Shown here piece by piece: positions 13,627-28,271 of a stretch of 64,000 bases of DNA (its first letter is position 1; each line of letters starts with the position of its first letter). The stretch spans positions 82,212,001 through 82,276,000 of the forward strand of contig OX597825.1 of assembly GCA_951406725.2 (NCBI GenBank), read 5' to 3'. Below the pieces are notes generated by a model that saw nothing but the letters and a program-made list of their open reading frames with translations, ran no database searches and was not told the DNA's origin. The translations under genes were made by a program, and so were the position numbers. Origin of the DNA: Octopus vulgaris (taxonomy: Eukaryota).

Positions 13627-13955
13627 GTGAGGGCCCGTGGCTTTGTGGTTAGCGTACTCGACGCACGATCGTAAGGTCGCGTGTTCGACTTCCGGCCGCG
13701 CCTTGTGTTCTTGAGCAAGACACTTCATTTCACGTTACCCCAGTCCACTCAGCTGGCAAAAATGAGTAGTACCTGTAATTTAAACAGGGCCAGCCTTGTC
13801 ACGCTCTGTATCACGCTGATTTTCTCCTAGAATTACATTAAGGGTACACGTGTCTGTGGAATACTCAGCCACATGTACGTTAATTTCACGAGCAGGCTGT
13901 TCCGTTAATCGGATTAACTGGAGCCCTCGTCGTTGCAACCGACGGAGTACCAGTA
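13627..13955 (+). mobile_element. tRNA-derived SINE family C
   Basis: A box TGGCTTTGTGG, B box GTGTTCGACTTCC, then GTGTTCTTGAGCAAGACACTT...CCAGTCCACTCAGCTG. A reverse-complement copy lies at 22221-22543. Confidence 0.85.
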
Positions 13956-15095
13956 ACCCGCGAGGAAAATATTGTTCTTATACTCAATCTTGTCTTTGTT
14001 AAACCCATGTCATCTTTGACCATGCTGGTTTATGACCAAATGCATTCCAAACGTGACCGCCTCGACATTTTCATGGGTAAAAGGAAACCCGGGTTGGAGC
14101 CATCCCAGCCAACAAGGGTACCTCGACGTAACCGTTCGACCAGCTAGAAATAGCAGCCAAATCTCTCTCACATTCCATCAGTGGCGAAGCGGGAGTGCAT
14201 GCCATCCGGCGCAGCCCTTGAATTTGTCGCTCCCACCCTATCCCCCGGCCCTGAACCCTAGGCAAGCTTATATTGCCGACCACAAAAGTTCCACCATAAA
14301 AACATTGCCCAGAACGGACCCTCAACCCCACTAGCCATGCTGTTGCATTACACTCCAATAAAATATTAAAGGACGAGATGGTCACGGTTGTAAAGGTGTT
14401 GGTTATAAGCCAAATCGATCAGAGACGACACGGGGATTTTAAATAACAACAACAACAATAATTAATTCATACACTACATACACACAGGCATATACGCACA
14501 CACATACATATGTATATACAAATAAAATGAAATCCGTTTAATATGATCGCTTAGAGAGAGACTTTTTCGCTTGTAAATAACCAGCTGTTAATAATTATCA
14601 ACTGATAACATTAAGTAAATACAAAAGTATAGGATCCAGCAATTCTGATAACAATAGCGGCCTGATGACATTATTTGCGATTATAATAAGCGGCTTCCAC
14701 TTAGACAAATAGATACAGTCTTACACATATATGAATATATGTATTTACACACACACACTCACACACACACATTATATATATACAGAGAAGAAAACAAGAA
14801 ATATGCATATTCATAAACACACGTTTCTAGACACAGACACACAGACAGGAAAAAGCAGAAAAATACACACATAGACACATAGAGACACAAGGTGAAAAGA
14901 GAAGCACACATACACACACACGTGTGTGTGTGTGTGTGTGCATGTACGGCAGACAAACGCACGCATTGGCATCAATACAAACACATACACGGATGTATAG
15001 AAACTAATTGGGAATTACGTAGAGAGACAGACAGACAGACAGACAGACCGTCAGACTGACAGACGACAGACCGACAGACAGACACATACACTCAT

Positions 15096-15126
<31 letters not shown>

Positions 15127-15419
15127 TTTATACACAGCAAACTGTTACAGACATGCGGACACATGGCATCTAAATATAGTCCGATGTGTTTTGAATGTAA
15201 CAATGACGGTATGTAGAGACAAAGAGAGAGTGAGAGAAAGAGAGAAGGGGAGAGAGAGGGGGAAAGAGAGAGAGAGAGATAAGGAAAGAGAGAAGGAGAG
15301 ACGAACAGAAAGAGAAAGAGAGAAGAAGAGAGAGAGGAAGAGAGGAGGAGGAGAAGAAGAAGAAGAAGAAAAAGAAGAAGAAGAAGAAGAAGAAGAAGAA
15401 GAAGAAGGAGGAGGAGGAG

Positions 15420-15465
<46 letters not shown>

Positions 15466-15662
15466 ATAGACAGAGAGAGGAAGGCGTGGGTGCATTTGAG
15501 ATGTCGTGGCAATAATACATGCCCGAAACTTATAGAGAGAACAATTATGTGAAGAAAGATTCGCAAGCCGGCGCACTTGGCTGCTAATTGATGGGACTAC
15601 GGAGTGCGTGAGCGTCGCCCTCTCCAGCCATACACATTACATACATACATACCTACAGTATA

Positions 15663-15700
<38 letters not shown>

Positions 15701-15864
15701 CCACTAATGTGGAGCCGATGAAGTTCGCAAATCGAATAAAGTTGTTCATAATTCTTTTTGACGGAGAAATAGTAAAAACTTGTCATGTTTGTATGTCAAC
15801 AATGTTGGTTTAAACACACACACACACGTACATATACGCAATTCTATATATATGCACATATATA

Positions 15865-15901
<37 letters not shown>

Positions 15902-16477
15902 ATGTATGTATGTATGTATGTATGTATGTATGTATGTATGTATGTATATATGCATATCAGACTCGTGTATGTACGTAGGCATTGAAGCATGAAATACTTG
16001 TAAGCCAGTTGACATAAATGAAAGACGTGTTGTGCGCCAGAGCTGATGTATATATACATGTGCATATGCGTATGTATATATATATATATATATATCACAA
16101 AGGTATATATTTATATATACCTTTGTGATATTTTGTGAATGTGTGAAGTGGCATTATTATGTTGGGACACACACACAACACACACACACGCATCGACCGC
16201 AGACGAACCCCAGACAAACGGGATGTATTGCGGTGTTAACAGATGCATGAATGCATGTATATTATTCTGTGTGAGTGCGTGTGGGTATATTCTTTTATTC
16301 TTTTATTTGCTTCAGTCATTTGACTCACGGCCATGCTGGAGCACCGGTTTACAATATGTCTTTTGGCATATGTTACATGGAAAAAAAAAATAACGTAGTT
16401 ACACAATCACGCCCCGACACCTTCACACAAAGGCAAATACACACACATGAACACACACACACACACACACGTATATA

Positions 16478-16645
16478 TAGGCACAGGTGTGGCTGCGTTG
16501 TAAGACGTTTGCTTGCTAATCACGAAGTTCCGGGTTCAGTCCCGCTGTGATGCACCTTAAAAGATCATCTTCTACTATTGCCCTGGGGCCGTCTAAAGCC
16601 TTTCGGGTAGATTTCGTAGACAGAAACCGAAAGAAACCCGTCGTA
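16478..16645 (+). mobile_element. SINE family A, 5' half (a 3'-end fragment on the minus strand lies at 16290-16346)
   Basis: GGCACAGGTGTGGCTGCGTTGTAAG...CCGGGTTCAGTCCC...GAAAGAAACCCGTCGTA. Confidence 0.8.
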
Positions 16646-16681
16646 AAAGTAGCAAGATAAAAGATAGAAAAGATACACGTT

Positions 16682-16764
<83 letters not shown>

Positions 16765-17095
16765 CGAATTAATGCACCGGTGGTTGAGTATTCCGAAGAA
16801 ACATGAACAGCACTTAACTTAATTCTCAAACAGAATCTGCTGAGACGGTATATGCGACATGTGAGCACCTTTTGGATGACAGATATAATCCGTCGGGGGA
16901 GGGCGGGGGATTCTATACAGTTTCCGCCTACACGCGTCACGCACATGTAATGGCTTGATGCCGGCGGATGAGAAATGAAACGTATCGAAGATTGTCCTAT
17001 CACTCAGTAATCGAACACTGACATTCGTGGGTGGGAAACATATAAATAATTGGTCCATACGCATGGGTATACATACATACAAACACATACACACA

Positions 17096-17151
<56 letters not shown>

Positions 17152-17154
<3 letters not shown>

Positions 17155-17363
17155 TTTTATTCTTTTACTTGTTTAAGTTATTTTGACTGCGGCCATGCTG
17201 GAGCACTGCCGTTAGTCGAGCAAATCGACCCCAGGACTTATTCTTTGTAAGCCTAGTACTTATTCTATCAGTCTCCTTTGCCGAACCGCTAGATTACGGG
17301 GACGTAAACACACCAGCATCAGTTACCAAGCGATGCTGGTAACTGATGCTGGTTACCACACAA

Positions 17364-17407
<44 letters not shown>

Positions 17408-17580
17408 CTATATGTATAAACGACGAGCTTCTTTCAGCTTCCGTCTACCAAATCCACTCACAAGGCTTTGGTCAGCCCGAGGCTATAGTAGAAGACAATT
17501 GCCCAAGGTGCCACACAGTTGGACTGAACCCGGAACCTTGTGGTTCGTGAGCTACTTACCACACAGCTACTCCTGCGCCC
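17152..17580 (-). mobile_element. SINE family A, full length
   Basis: Colinear with 61052-61480, including the internal (CA)n. Confidence 0.92.
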
Positions 17581-17916
17581 ATATGTATATAGTAACAGAA
17601 AGAGAGGGGGGGAATAATATATGTATGTACATGTGTATATATATAGATGTATATTTAAATATACATACGTGTCTGTGTGTGTGCATACACACATACATGT
17701 GGAAACACGTGCATTACATTGTATGATTAGTATGATTATACTCACGTAAACGTATATATAGTATGGAAATATACATATATACACACATACACAAGTACAC
17801 TCACACACACACACACACATTCTGTTTTTTTACTATTTGAAGTATTCTTGTAAGGCAGAAACTGGTTTATAATTATGCATATGTAAATAAACGTATGTCT
17901 GTCGGTATGTCTGTGC

Positions 17917-17976
<60 letters not shown>

Positions 17977-18012
17977 GTATCTATCTTTCTGCATGTATGT
18001 ATGAGTGTGTGT

Positions 18013-18048
<36 letters not shown>

Positions 18049-18633
18049 ATAAGGAAATCATACATGCAACTTTAAAAAAGAAATCTGTTCCCTACTTACC
18101 AAAAGATGTTAAGACACTTCATCCTTGGTAAATGTTTTCCGTAAGAAAAGATTAATTTGAAAGAAAAGAGATCCGATCCGGATGGGTTTCCCAAGATGTA
18201 TATAATAATATATATATATATAATAATATATATATATATAATAATATATATATATATAATAATATATATATATATATTCTACTTATAGGCAAATATCGAT
18301 ATATTTCTACACGTATATTTGTCGATGCAACGTTTGTGTAGACATACAAGCATACATATATATATATATATATAAATATCTATATATGTATATCTCTGTG
18401 TGTGTGTGTGTGTGTATGAATGTATGTGTGTTTTGTATAGTGTAGTGGCGTGTGTGGTTCTCTGGTGTGCAGTAAACCACCTCCCAGCCGGAGAATTCCT
18501 CTTCTAATACAATAAACCAAAGCGACACAGTTCTAATAAGTAAAAATCTTCGTTCACTCGCTCAACCTACCCCCCCCCCCGCCCTTCCTCACACTTCAAA
18601 CCTCCCTCTTCCTTCGCGTCGTCTTTATTTTTT

Positions 18634-18674
<41 letters not shown>

Positions 18675-18887
18675 TCTTTACGATGTGGTTTTTGTTTTGT
18701 TTTTTATTTATTTATTTATGCTGTGGTTGTTACACTACTGCTTCTGCTCCCCCTCCTCCTCCTTCCTCATTCCAACTAGTTTTTTTTTCTTCACCGCCGC
18801 CTTCCTCCTCTATTTTCTTTCTTTCTTTCTTTCTTTAAAAACTTTTTCTCTCTATTGTCCTTTCCTCTAATCTCTCTTTTCGTCCTT

Positions 18888-18929
<42 letters not shown>

Positions 18930-19019
18930 TATACACACACATACACTATACATAGATATACATGCATACATACATCCATCTATCCATCTATCTATCTATC
19001 TATCTGTCTATTTGTATAT

Positions 19020-19260
19020 ACTCTTTTACTCTTTTACTTGTGTCAGTCATTTGACTGCGGCCATGCTGGAGCACCGCCTTTAGTCGGGCAAATCGACCCC
19101 GGGACTTATTCTTTGTAAGCCCAGTACTTATTCTATCGGTCTCTTTTACCGAACCGCTAAGTGACGGGGACGGTCTCTTTTGCCGAACCGCTAAGTGACG
19201 GGGACGTAAACACACCAGCATCGGTTGTCAAGCAATGCTAGGGGGACAAACACAGACACA

Positions 19261-19331
<71 letters not shown>

Positions 19332-19720
19332 CATACATATATACGACAGTCTTCTTTCATATATATATACATATATACGACAGGCTTCTACTAAATCCAC
19401 TCACAAGGCATTGGTCGGCCCGGGGCTATAGCGGAAGACACTTGCCCAAGATGCCACGCAGTGGGACTGAACCCGGAACCATGTGGTTGGTTAGCAAGCT
19501 ACTTACCACACAGCCACTCTTCTATTCTTTTACTTGTTTCATTCATTTGACTGCGGCCGTGCTGGAGCACGGCCTTAAAGGGTTTTAGTCGGAAAAATCG
19601 ACCCCATGACGTATTCTTTGTAAGCCTAGTGCTTTTTTCTACCGGTGTCTTTTCCCGAATCGCTAAGTTACATGGACATAAACACACCAGCATCGGTTGT
19701 CAAGCTATGGTAGGTGACAT
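19020..19720 (-). mobile_element. SINE family A copy (19020-19518) plus an adjacent 3'-half copy (19520-19720)
   Basis: Matches family A. The first copy has an internal ~33-bp tandem duplication of CGGTCTCTTTTRCCGAACCGCTAAGTGACGGGGA. Confidence 0.9.
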
Positions 19721-19904
19721 ATACAGACACACACGCATACTTAAATACATACATACATACATACATACATACATACATACATGCATACATACATACATAC
19801 ACATACATACAGAGTGAGACAGTATGTTCTTTGTCCTTCTCCTTAATTTGGAGATTTTAGGTGTAATAATTCTAGTGTGTCCATCTGTTCTAATTTAATT
19901 AACA

Positions 19905-21082
19905 TGAAGACAGCAGAATTCGAATAACAATAGAAGGAAGATCACCAACATGCTTCCTATGCGGCAAAAAGGGGCAAAAAGGGGCACATGAAAGCAAGAC
20001 GTCCCGAGAAGGAAAAACGAAGAGGAGAAGAAAAGTGAAGAAAGGAATATCTATTTCTTTACTACCCACAAGGGGCTAAACATAGAGGGGACAAACAAGG
20101 ACAGACATAGGTATTAAGTCGATTACATAGACCCCAGTACGTAACTGGTGCTTAATTTATTGACCCCGAAAGGATGAAAGGCAAAGTCGACCTTGGCGAA
20201 TACCGAAGAAGTAGTACCAACGAAAGAGACAGATAGAGTGGAGGAACCCTTCACAGTTGTAAACACGAGGAAGAGAAAGGAACGGCTGAATTCTCCCCCA
20301 GACAGTCAAAAAAAGGCTAAAGGAGATTGTGGTGGAAGAAAAGAGAAATAGGTGTGAAGCACCAACAGAAGCAGTAGTGAAAGAAGGCACACATGAAAAA
20401 ACAGCATTACAACAGGGAGAAAAAGGAAGCGTTTATAAAATTGGTTGCGATGTTTCTGCACGCCCGAACAGATGAGGACGGGAACCGAAGCAAGCAGAGG
20501 TGTAATGGAAGAGATACAAGTGGCATTTGGTCACTTATTATAAAAGTAAGGAAGTAGAGAAAACGATTGTAAAATTTAAATCGGTAATTAGAGTAAAGCT
20601 GCCGCCAGGAAAATACCCGGAATACACCAAAGGTTTAGTCATAGATAAAGAGAAATTTTTGAAATTGAGAGAGATGTATGAACTTTTCATAGACCCACTG
20701 GAGGTTGAAGTCGAGTTTGGCGAGAAGATTTGAAACCCTTTAGGAACATTTAAAAATAAGTAAAATTTGTACTTCATAAAAAAACAGAGGAAATAGACTG
20801 TTAAAATGTATAAAGAAAAAAGGAAAAAACAACGATACAAAAAAAAAAAAACAAAAGACTTAGAAAAAGAAGAAATTAAAAAAAGGAAAAAAGAAAAAAG
20901 ACTGTAAGAACGTTTAATTGTAAAAAAGTAATCGCGGTTTCGTCTCGGAGCGGGGCCGAGAAAACCGTCTCATATTCGTTATAATTTAATTCATTGTAAT
21001 TCATTCTTTCATTTTTTTTTGTTCCTGCATGTTTGTGTATGTCCTCTCTGTATTCAGGTCTTGTGCCTATAATAAAGAGATA
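19905..21082 (+). mobile_element. Decayed Tx1/L1-like element: ORF1 gag-type zinc knuckle joined to a LINE-like 3' end
   Basis: 19906-20010 reads EDSRIRITIEGRSPTCFLCGKKG/HMKARRP (CCHC knuckle, frameshifted by a 10-bp duplication CAAAAAGGGG). A purine-rich body follows and ends TCAGGTCTTGTGCCTATAATAAAGAGATA. Confidence 0.55.
20048..20201 (-). mobile_element. SINE-B 3' part inserted in the Tx1-like element
   Basis: TATTTCTTTACTACCCACAAGGGGCTAAAC...AAGTCGACCTTGGCGAA. Confidence 0.9.
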
Positions 21083-21271
21083 ACCGGTGAGGTGATTGTC
21101 ATGCGCTGACGACGGGTAAATAACCAGAAACCCGAGGTTTATTATTGCTTATATATATATATATATAATTCCCAAATTTTATTTAATTTGCTTTGCAAGA
21201 AGGACTGTATATAATCTTAGTATTATACTAATGCGTCCATCTGTCTTAATTTGATTAAACTCTATATCTTT

Positions 21272-21331
21272 GTGCAGCTGAGGATTGCTCTGCATTTTAA
21301 AATAGAGTTGCGTGAAACGATCGTACTGCAT
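21272..21331 (+). ncRNA. Type I hammerhead ribozyme motif
   Basis: Stem I GTGCAG/CTGCAT; core CTGAGGA (21278-21284); stem II around CTCT/AGAG; GAAA (21314-21317); C-GATC-G palindromic stem III; GUA triplet. It sits in a ~210-bp island between (TA)n tracts. Confidence 0.75.
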
Positions 21332-22220
21332 TACCTCTGGATGTCCCTGTTGCTTATTTTTATTCTAATCACCTTATATATATATATATATTATATTTAC
21401 GCGATGATTACCTACTCCTGACCGCGGAAGATCAATCAAAGACCAATGGGAAATTATGCACTGAAGAACATTCGTACTTTACATTTAGCCTCAGCTGGTG
21501 ACTAATGAAGTTAAGAATTAAACAACAAAACCAATCAATGTGTCAACAACAAATGTGCAAAATCTCACGAGAAATAAGAGTCGCATCACTCCTTATAGAC
21601 TTTCCCCATCCTGTTGACAGGATCCAGAGACAAGCCGAGGCAAGATGTCCCGTAATATTATCGGTCGTAAGCTATGGAATGTGGGAGCGTCAGGATCTGA
21701 AGCGCAAGCAAAGAATCACGAAAACATCCAATATTATTTCCTGCTTATCCGGTTTTATAGAAGAGTGACCAACTCGTGGAGGAATGTTTTAGCAAAAGCC
21801 GAGGAGTACCTCACTCTCAGTGGTCATCCAACAGGCCGGACACCAACCCGGAATTTACATACATACATACATACATATACACACAAACACACACAAACAT
21901 ATGTACATACATACACACATACATATATACGCGCATATATAGATACAAACATGCATACACACACATAAACATACATACATACACACATACATACATACAA
22001 GCATACATATGCATAAACATAAATACAAACATACATGCATTTATACATACATAAAAATATACATATATACATACATATACACACACAGACATACGTACAT
22101 ACATACACACATATATAAATACGCGCATATATAGATACAAACATGCATACACACATACATAAACATACATACATATATACATACATACACAAACATAGAT
22201 ACAAACATACATACATACAC

Positions 22221-22543
22221 ACGGAGCATTTCGTCGGTTACGACGAGGAGGGTCTCAGCTGATACGATCATCGGAATAGCTTGCTCATGAAATTAAAATG
22301 GCTGAGTACTCCACGGACATGTGTACCCTTAATGTAGTTCTCGGCGAGATTCAGTGTGACATAGAATGAAACAAAGCAGGCCCCTATGAATTACTGTTAC
22401 AACACATTTTTGCCAGCTGAGTGAACTGGAGCAAAGTGAAAATAAAGTGTCTTGTTCAAGGACACAACGCCTCGCCGGGAATTGAACTCACGATCTTACG
22501 ATCCTGAGTCGAGTACTTTAACCACTAAGCCACGCGCCTTCAC
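22221..22543 (-). mobile_element. tRNA-derived SINE family C
   Basis: Reverse complement of 13627-13955. Head GTGAAGGCGCGTGGCTTAGTGGTT...GAGTTCAATTCCC. Confidence 0.85.
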
Positions 22544-22584
22544 ATACATACATACATACAAACACACAGGCATACACGCCGAGC

Positions 22585-22836
22585 GTAATTTCGTCTGCCG
22601 TTACGTTCTGAGTTCAAATTCCGCCGAGGTCGACTTTGCCTTTCATCCTCTCGGGGTCGATAAATTAAGTACTAGTTACGCACTGGGGTCGATATAATCG
22701 ACTTAATCCGTTTGTCTGTCCTTGTTTGTCCCCTCTGTGTCTAGCCCCTTGTGGGTAATAAAGAAATAGGTATTTCGTCTGCCGTTACGTTCTGAGTTCA
22801 AATTCCGCCGAGGTCGACTTTGTCTTTCATCCTTTC
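22585..22836 (+). mobile_element. SINE-B head-to-tail array (one unit plus a partial second unit)
   Basis: The unit repeats after ~185 bp through the junction AAAGAAATAGGTATTTCGTCTGCCG. Confidence 0.9.
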
Positions 22837-22923
22837 AGTCCCACCGATAGCCTCTATTATAGCCTCGGACAGACGAAAGTGCTCTCAATGGAATTGGTTG
22901 AAGGAAAGTGAAAGAAGCCCGCG

Positions 22924-22970
<47 letters not shown>

Positions 22971-23429
22971 AAGAGATTAACTCCTGCAGTTATTCTTTGT
23001 AAGCCTAGTACTTATTCTATTGGCCTCTTCTGTGGAACCGCTAAGTTCCAGGGACGTAAATACACCAGCATCGATGTATGTTAAGATGTTTGTGCGTGCG
23101 TGCGTGTGTCCGTGTGTGTGTGTTTATGTGTGTGTGTGTTTCTTTTTGCTGGTGTTGTAGTTGTTCCCCAGATCGCCTAACGACCGACATTGGTTTCTTT
23201 ACGTCCAGTTAACTTAATGCTTTGGTAAAAAGAATCCGACTGGATAAACACAAATGCTGGTTGGGAGATCTGTTCGTCCGAAACCATTCAAGGCCGTACC
23301 GTACCGTGTGAGTCACTGCCGATTGACTCACACGATGGACTCGTGATGGCAATATTGTGATTTCAATTCCATGACCGGGCAAAATATTTTGTTCTTGAAC
23401 AAAACACTTCGTCTTACGTTCCTCTACTT

Positions 23430-23624
23430 TTTGTTTCAGCCTACTTTGCGACCATGCTGGGGCACCGCCGTGAAGAATTCTTAGTCAAATGAACTGACAC
23501 CCAGGGATTTTGTTTTCAAAGTTGTATTTATCCTATCGATCTTATCTGTCGAACTGCTAAGTTATAGAGCTGTGAACATACTCAAACCGTTTGTCAAGAG
23601 TTGGTGGGGGACACACACAAGCCC

Positions 23625-23700
<76 letters not shown>

Positions 23701-23870
23701 GTGTGTGTGTGTGTGTGTGTGTACATACGATGGAACTCTTTCATTTTCCATCTACCAAATCTGCTCACAAGGTTTTCTTCGGCTTGACACACTTGCACAA
23801 GTGAACCCTGAACCATGAATCATGTGATTGGGAAGCAAGCTTCTTACCACGATGCCAAGCCTGCGCTTGT
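23430..23870 (-). mobile_element. SINE family A, diverged copy (further fragments at 22850-23300)
   Basis: GACCATGCTGGGGCACCGCC...TTTCCATCTACCAAATCTGCTCACAAGG...GGAAGCAAGCTTCTTACCAC. Confidence 0.7.
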
Positions 23871-23901
23871 ATGTATGTATATACTTAAACACACATATAT
23901 A

Positions 23902-23940
<39 letters not shown>

Positions 23941-23945
<5 letters not shown>

Positions 23946-24140
23946 ATCCAAAGAAGAAAGCACAAAAAATCACAACAACGCGAGGACGTGGAACAAATAT
24001 AGTATTATTGGACGCTCAGGAAAGAAGGAAAGAAGGAGAGTTTAACGTTTCGAGCGGAGCTCTTCGTCGGAAACATAGAAGGAAAGATCCAGGGAAGGGA
24101 AGACAGAGGAAAAAAAATCGCCAACGGTACACACGAGGTC
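23941..24140 (-). mobile_element. Short hammerhead-bearing repeat (family H1); ribozyme motif at 24040-24074
   Basis: Reverse complement of 62078-62265. Minus strand GTTT-CCGACGA-A-GAGC-TCC-GCTC-GAAA-CG-TT-AAAC. The 3' end abuts (TA)n. Confidence 0.8.
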
Positions 24141-24177
24141 ACATAAACACACACACACACACACATACATATATATA

Positions 24178-24328
24178 AGGAGAATTTACAAAAAGAAAAA
24201 GACAGGTGGTGTAGACATCAAACAAATGTATTAGTTTAACGCTCGGGAAGTGAAAAGTTTTTAACGTTTCGAGTCTACGCCCTTCCACAGATAGGAACAC
24301 AGAAAGAAACAGGGAGAGAAAATAAAGA

Positions 24329-24330
<2 letters not shown>
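24178..24330 (-). mobile_element. Short hammerhead-bearing repeat (family H2, related to H1), decayed core
   Basis: Minus strand CTGTGGA-A-GGGCGTAGACTC-GAAA-CG-TT-AAAA, then TTCCCGAGCGTTAAACTAATAC. Matches 41595-41786 and 55962-56066. Confidence 0.7.
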
Positions 24331-24427
<97 letters not shown>

Positions 24428-24937
24428 TAGGTACGCACACATGTTGGTTTTAACAAACAAACTGTTGCGTGTTGATACTCAGATTGAAGTGAGATGTCAT
24501 ATACTGATTGTGTTGCAGGTGTTTTTTTTGCTGAAGACAACATCTGCTGGGAGACTGGTGCCAGGCTTCATTAGCCCTGGTTACTTCTTTTGATGAATAA
24601 CAGTGATGTAGTGAGGGCGAAGTTAAGAGCCTTCTGAACGATAGAGAGATATATAGGGGATATTTTTCAGGGCGGAAATGCATGCTGCCACGTGACAGGC
24701 ATATTATGATGATGATGATGATGAGGAGGAGGATCATCATCATCATTATCATCATCTTTATTGTTATAATTTATACTACGAGGACGATAGAAATTGCAGT
24801 AATTTTTTTTTACTTTAACTACACTTCCTAACGTCTTAGGCAATAAAAAAAAAACTGCTTCCTTCTCCTCCTCCTCTGCATCATCATCATCATCATCATC
24901 ACCACCACCACCGCCGCCACCATCATCATCATCATCG

Positions 24938-24982
<45 letters not shown>

Positions 24983-25122
24983 CCATCACCATCACCATCG
25001 TCACAACCACTACCAGTAATATCTTCGTCACCAGCACTAAAACTACCATCAGAATCACCATGTGCATGTGCGGATGTGTGTATATATATATATGTGTATA
25101 TATATACATATGTGTGTGTATA

Positions 25123-25197
<75 letters not shown>

Positions 25198-25536
25198 GCA
25201 TACACAGCCGCACATACGTGTGTGTGTGTGTGTGTGTGTACACGCATACTGATGCGCACGTAAACAATCGCAGACATGCCATTTCTGTCACCGCTAACCC
25301 TAACATCATCATTTCCGTCACCAGAGAACATTCCAGCGACTAACGGACAGATTCTTTCACCACCACCACCACCATTACTCCCCCTCCCCCCCCCCCCACA
25401 ACAACAATAATAACGTCACCCATATATTTACACGAGATGCGTCGTTGTCACAACCAACATCACCCGCATCACAACACACTCACACACAGGCACACGCACA
25501 CACACTCACACACTCACACACTCACACACTCACACA

Positions 25537-25627
<91 letters not shown>

Positions 25628-25683
25628 ATACAGACACACTTGCAGAAATGGTACGACAAAACTTGGCTCCAAGTATATATATA

Positions 25684-25724
<41 letters not shown>

Positions 25725-25984
25725 GTATGTGTATAAGTGTGTATTATATATATACACATAAACACACATAGAGACACGCATATATACACGACATACATTG
25801 TAGTTGATTATTTTTATGCATACACACACACACACACGCATTTATATGTATATATATATATATCTACATATATATATATACATATATATACATATATATA
25901 CATATATATATATATACATATATATATATACATATATATATATGTATATATATATACATATATATACACACACACACACACACA

Positions 25985-26059
<75 letters not shown>

Positions 26060-26552
26060 GTATGTATGTATAGTATAATACATACATATATATATCCGTC
26101 CATACGTATCTGTATATATATATACATAACTACACACACACACGCGCGCACACACACACACAAACAGATATATGTACATACATGTACATTCGTATATATA
26201 CACGCATGCATTCATCCACACATCCACTCATCCACTCATCCATCCATCCATCCATCCATCCAACTTATACATAGATTTATATACACATACGTCCATACAT
26301 CTATCTATACATACATACACACACACATACATACATACATACATACATACATACATACATACATACATACATACATACATACATACATACATACATACAT
26401 ACATACATACGTATATATATATATATATACATACATACGTACACACACGCACATGGTACACTTGGCTGCTAATGATTCTTACAGACTTTGAGTGCAAAAT
26501 TCTAAAACTGTGTACAGCCCTGCACCATGTTGTCGTGAGAACAGAAGGTATA

Positions 26553-26605
<53 letters not shown>

Positions 26606-26782
26606 GACATGTTCTCTATTACACACGCACTAATAGCAACACACCCACCTGAGCATATACACACACCTTGTCTCATACATATACCTACTCCAACGTATAC
26701 GTGTATATACATTAAAACATGCTCAACCATGCTTATAGCGCATCTATCTGTCTATTTATCTTTCTATCTGTCTGTCGTTCTA

Positions 26783-26830
<48 letters not shown>

Positions 26831-26832
26831 CC

Positions 26833-26909
<77 letters not shown>

Positions 26910-26938
26910 GCTTATATGTCTGTCTGTCTGTCTCTCTC

Positions 26939-27005
<67 letters not shown>

Positions 27006-27034
27006 GATTATATGTCTGTCTGTCTGTCTGTCTC

Positions 27035-27156
<122 letters not shown>

Positions 27157-27179
27157 CATGTATCTATCTGTGTCGCCCA

Positions 27180-27233
<54 letters not shown>

Positions 27234-27399
27234 CTGATTCCCTCTCCCTCTTTCTTTGTCTCTTTCTATCTATATTTGCAAAAAATAAGAAAACAAACGT
27301 ACATAAAGTAACTTACATGCAGGTACACAAATACATACGCCCTCAGACACATGAATTTATACGTATACACACACATACACACACATAAATACACACATA

Positions 27400-27556
27400 C
27401 AGGTTGCGATGGGTAAATTGTCGCCATGTTGTATTTTTAATTTCGCGCATGCGCATTGTTTGCTTTTGATTTTGTCGACTACACAGTATACTGGAGTCGG
27501 TTGTGCACCGCCTGTGGAAAAAACAGTACCATGACGCAATTCACTCAGCCAGAAAC
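27400..27556 (+). mobile_element. Probable Tc1/mariner-superfamily left end
   Basis: Starts TA|CAGGTTGCG and ends in ATGACGCAATTCACTCAGCCAGAAA (MTQFTQPE), resembling a transposase start. No partner TIR is visible. Confidence 0.35.
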
Positions 27557-28050
27557 CTTGAAAACCAGGGTTAATGCATAAGTGACAGACGCAAGTTGTA
27601 AATTGTACTGGTTTTATCGGATCCCTTTGTGTGATATGATCTCTGTGAGCTGTCATATATCTCTTCAGACTCGAACTCAACTTGCAGGACCTTTCACCGA
27701 ATCACCCTGTTGAAGAGGAAGGCCGTTGCAGACAAGGACTGTATGCAAAGCCAGTTTTCCCCTGTTTTTTTTACTCTAATATCCAGTTCCTTAGGGTTGT
27801 CTGTTATGTAGTTTTTGTACCTTCTTTGTGGTTTGTGCTGAGAATGCCTTCGCAGAACAGCTGTTCTGGAGCCTTTTTATGTTTCCATACACACAACATG
27901 TCCTATCCAGTGCTTCCGAGTGCAGGGCAGTCATCGAGGTCACGTAACCCCCAAACCTTACGCCATGATTCTGTTATTACCTCCTTAAACATTGGCATTG
28001 ATAGCCAAAGGCGGCACACATGAAAAGCGCATTTAAAATCCTTTCTACTA

Positions 28051-28271
28051 CAGAAATCCTTCGCCATATCGGGGTTCACCAATCGCGGTTTATTATTTAA
28101 GCTTACGTCGATTCCTCTGTGGTATTGTTTGGCATTTATAATAAAATAAATATAAACAAATTATAAAAATAATAATAAAATATACAATACAGTACTGTTT
28201 CCACTTCGCGGATTTTCACCTCTCGCGGGGGTTTTTGGAACGTAACACCCGTGATAGTCGAGGGATTACTG
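28051..28271. mobile_element. Tigger/pogo-like MITE inserted at a TA in a SINE-B tail
   Basis: Imperfect TIRs CAGAAATCCTTCGCCATATCGGGGT / ACCCGTGATAGTCGAGGGATTACTG. The flanks rejoin to give the SINE-B2 tail CCTTTCTACTATAGGCACAAG. Confidence 0.75.
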
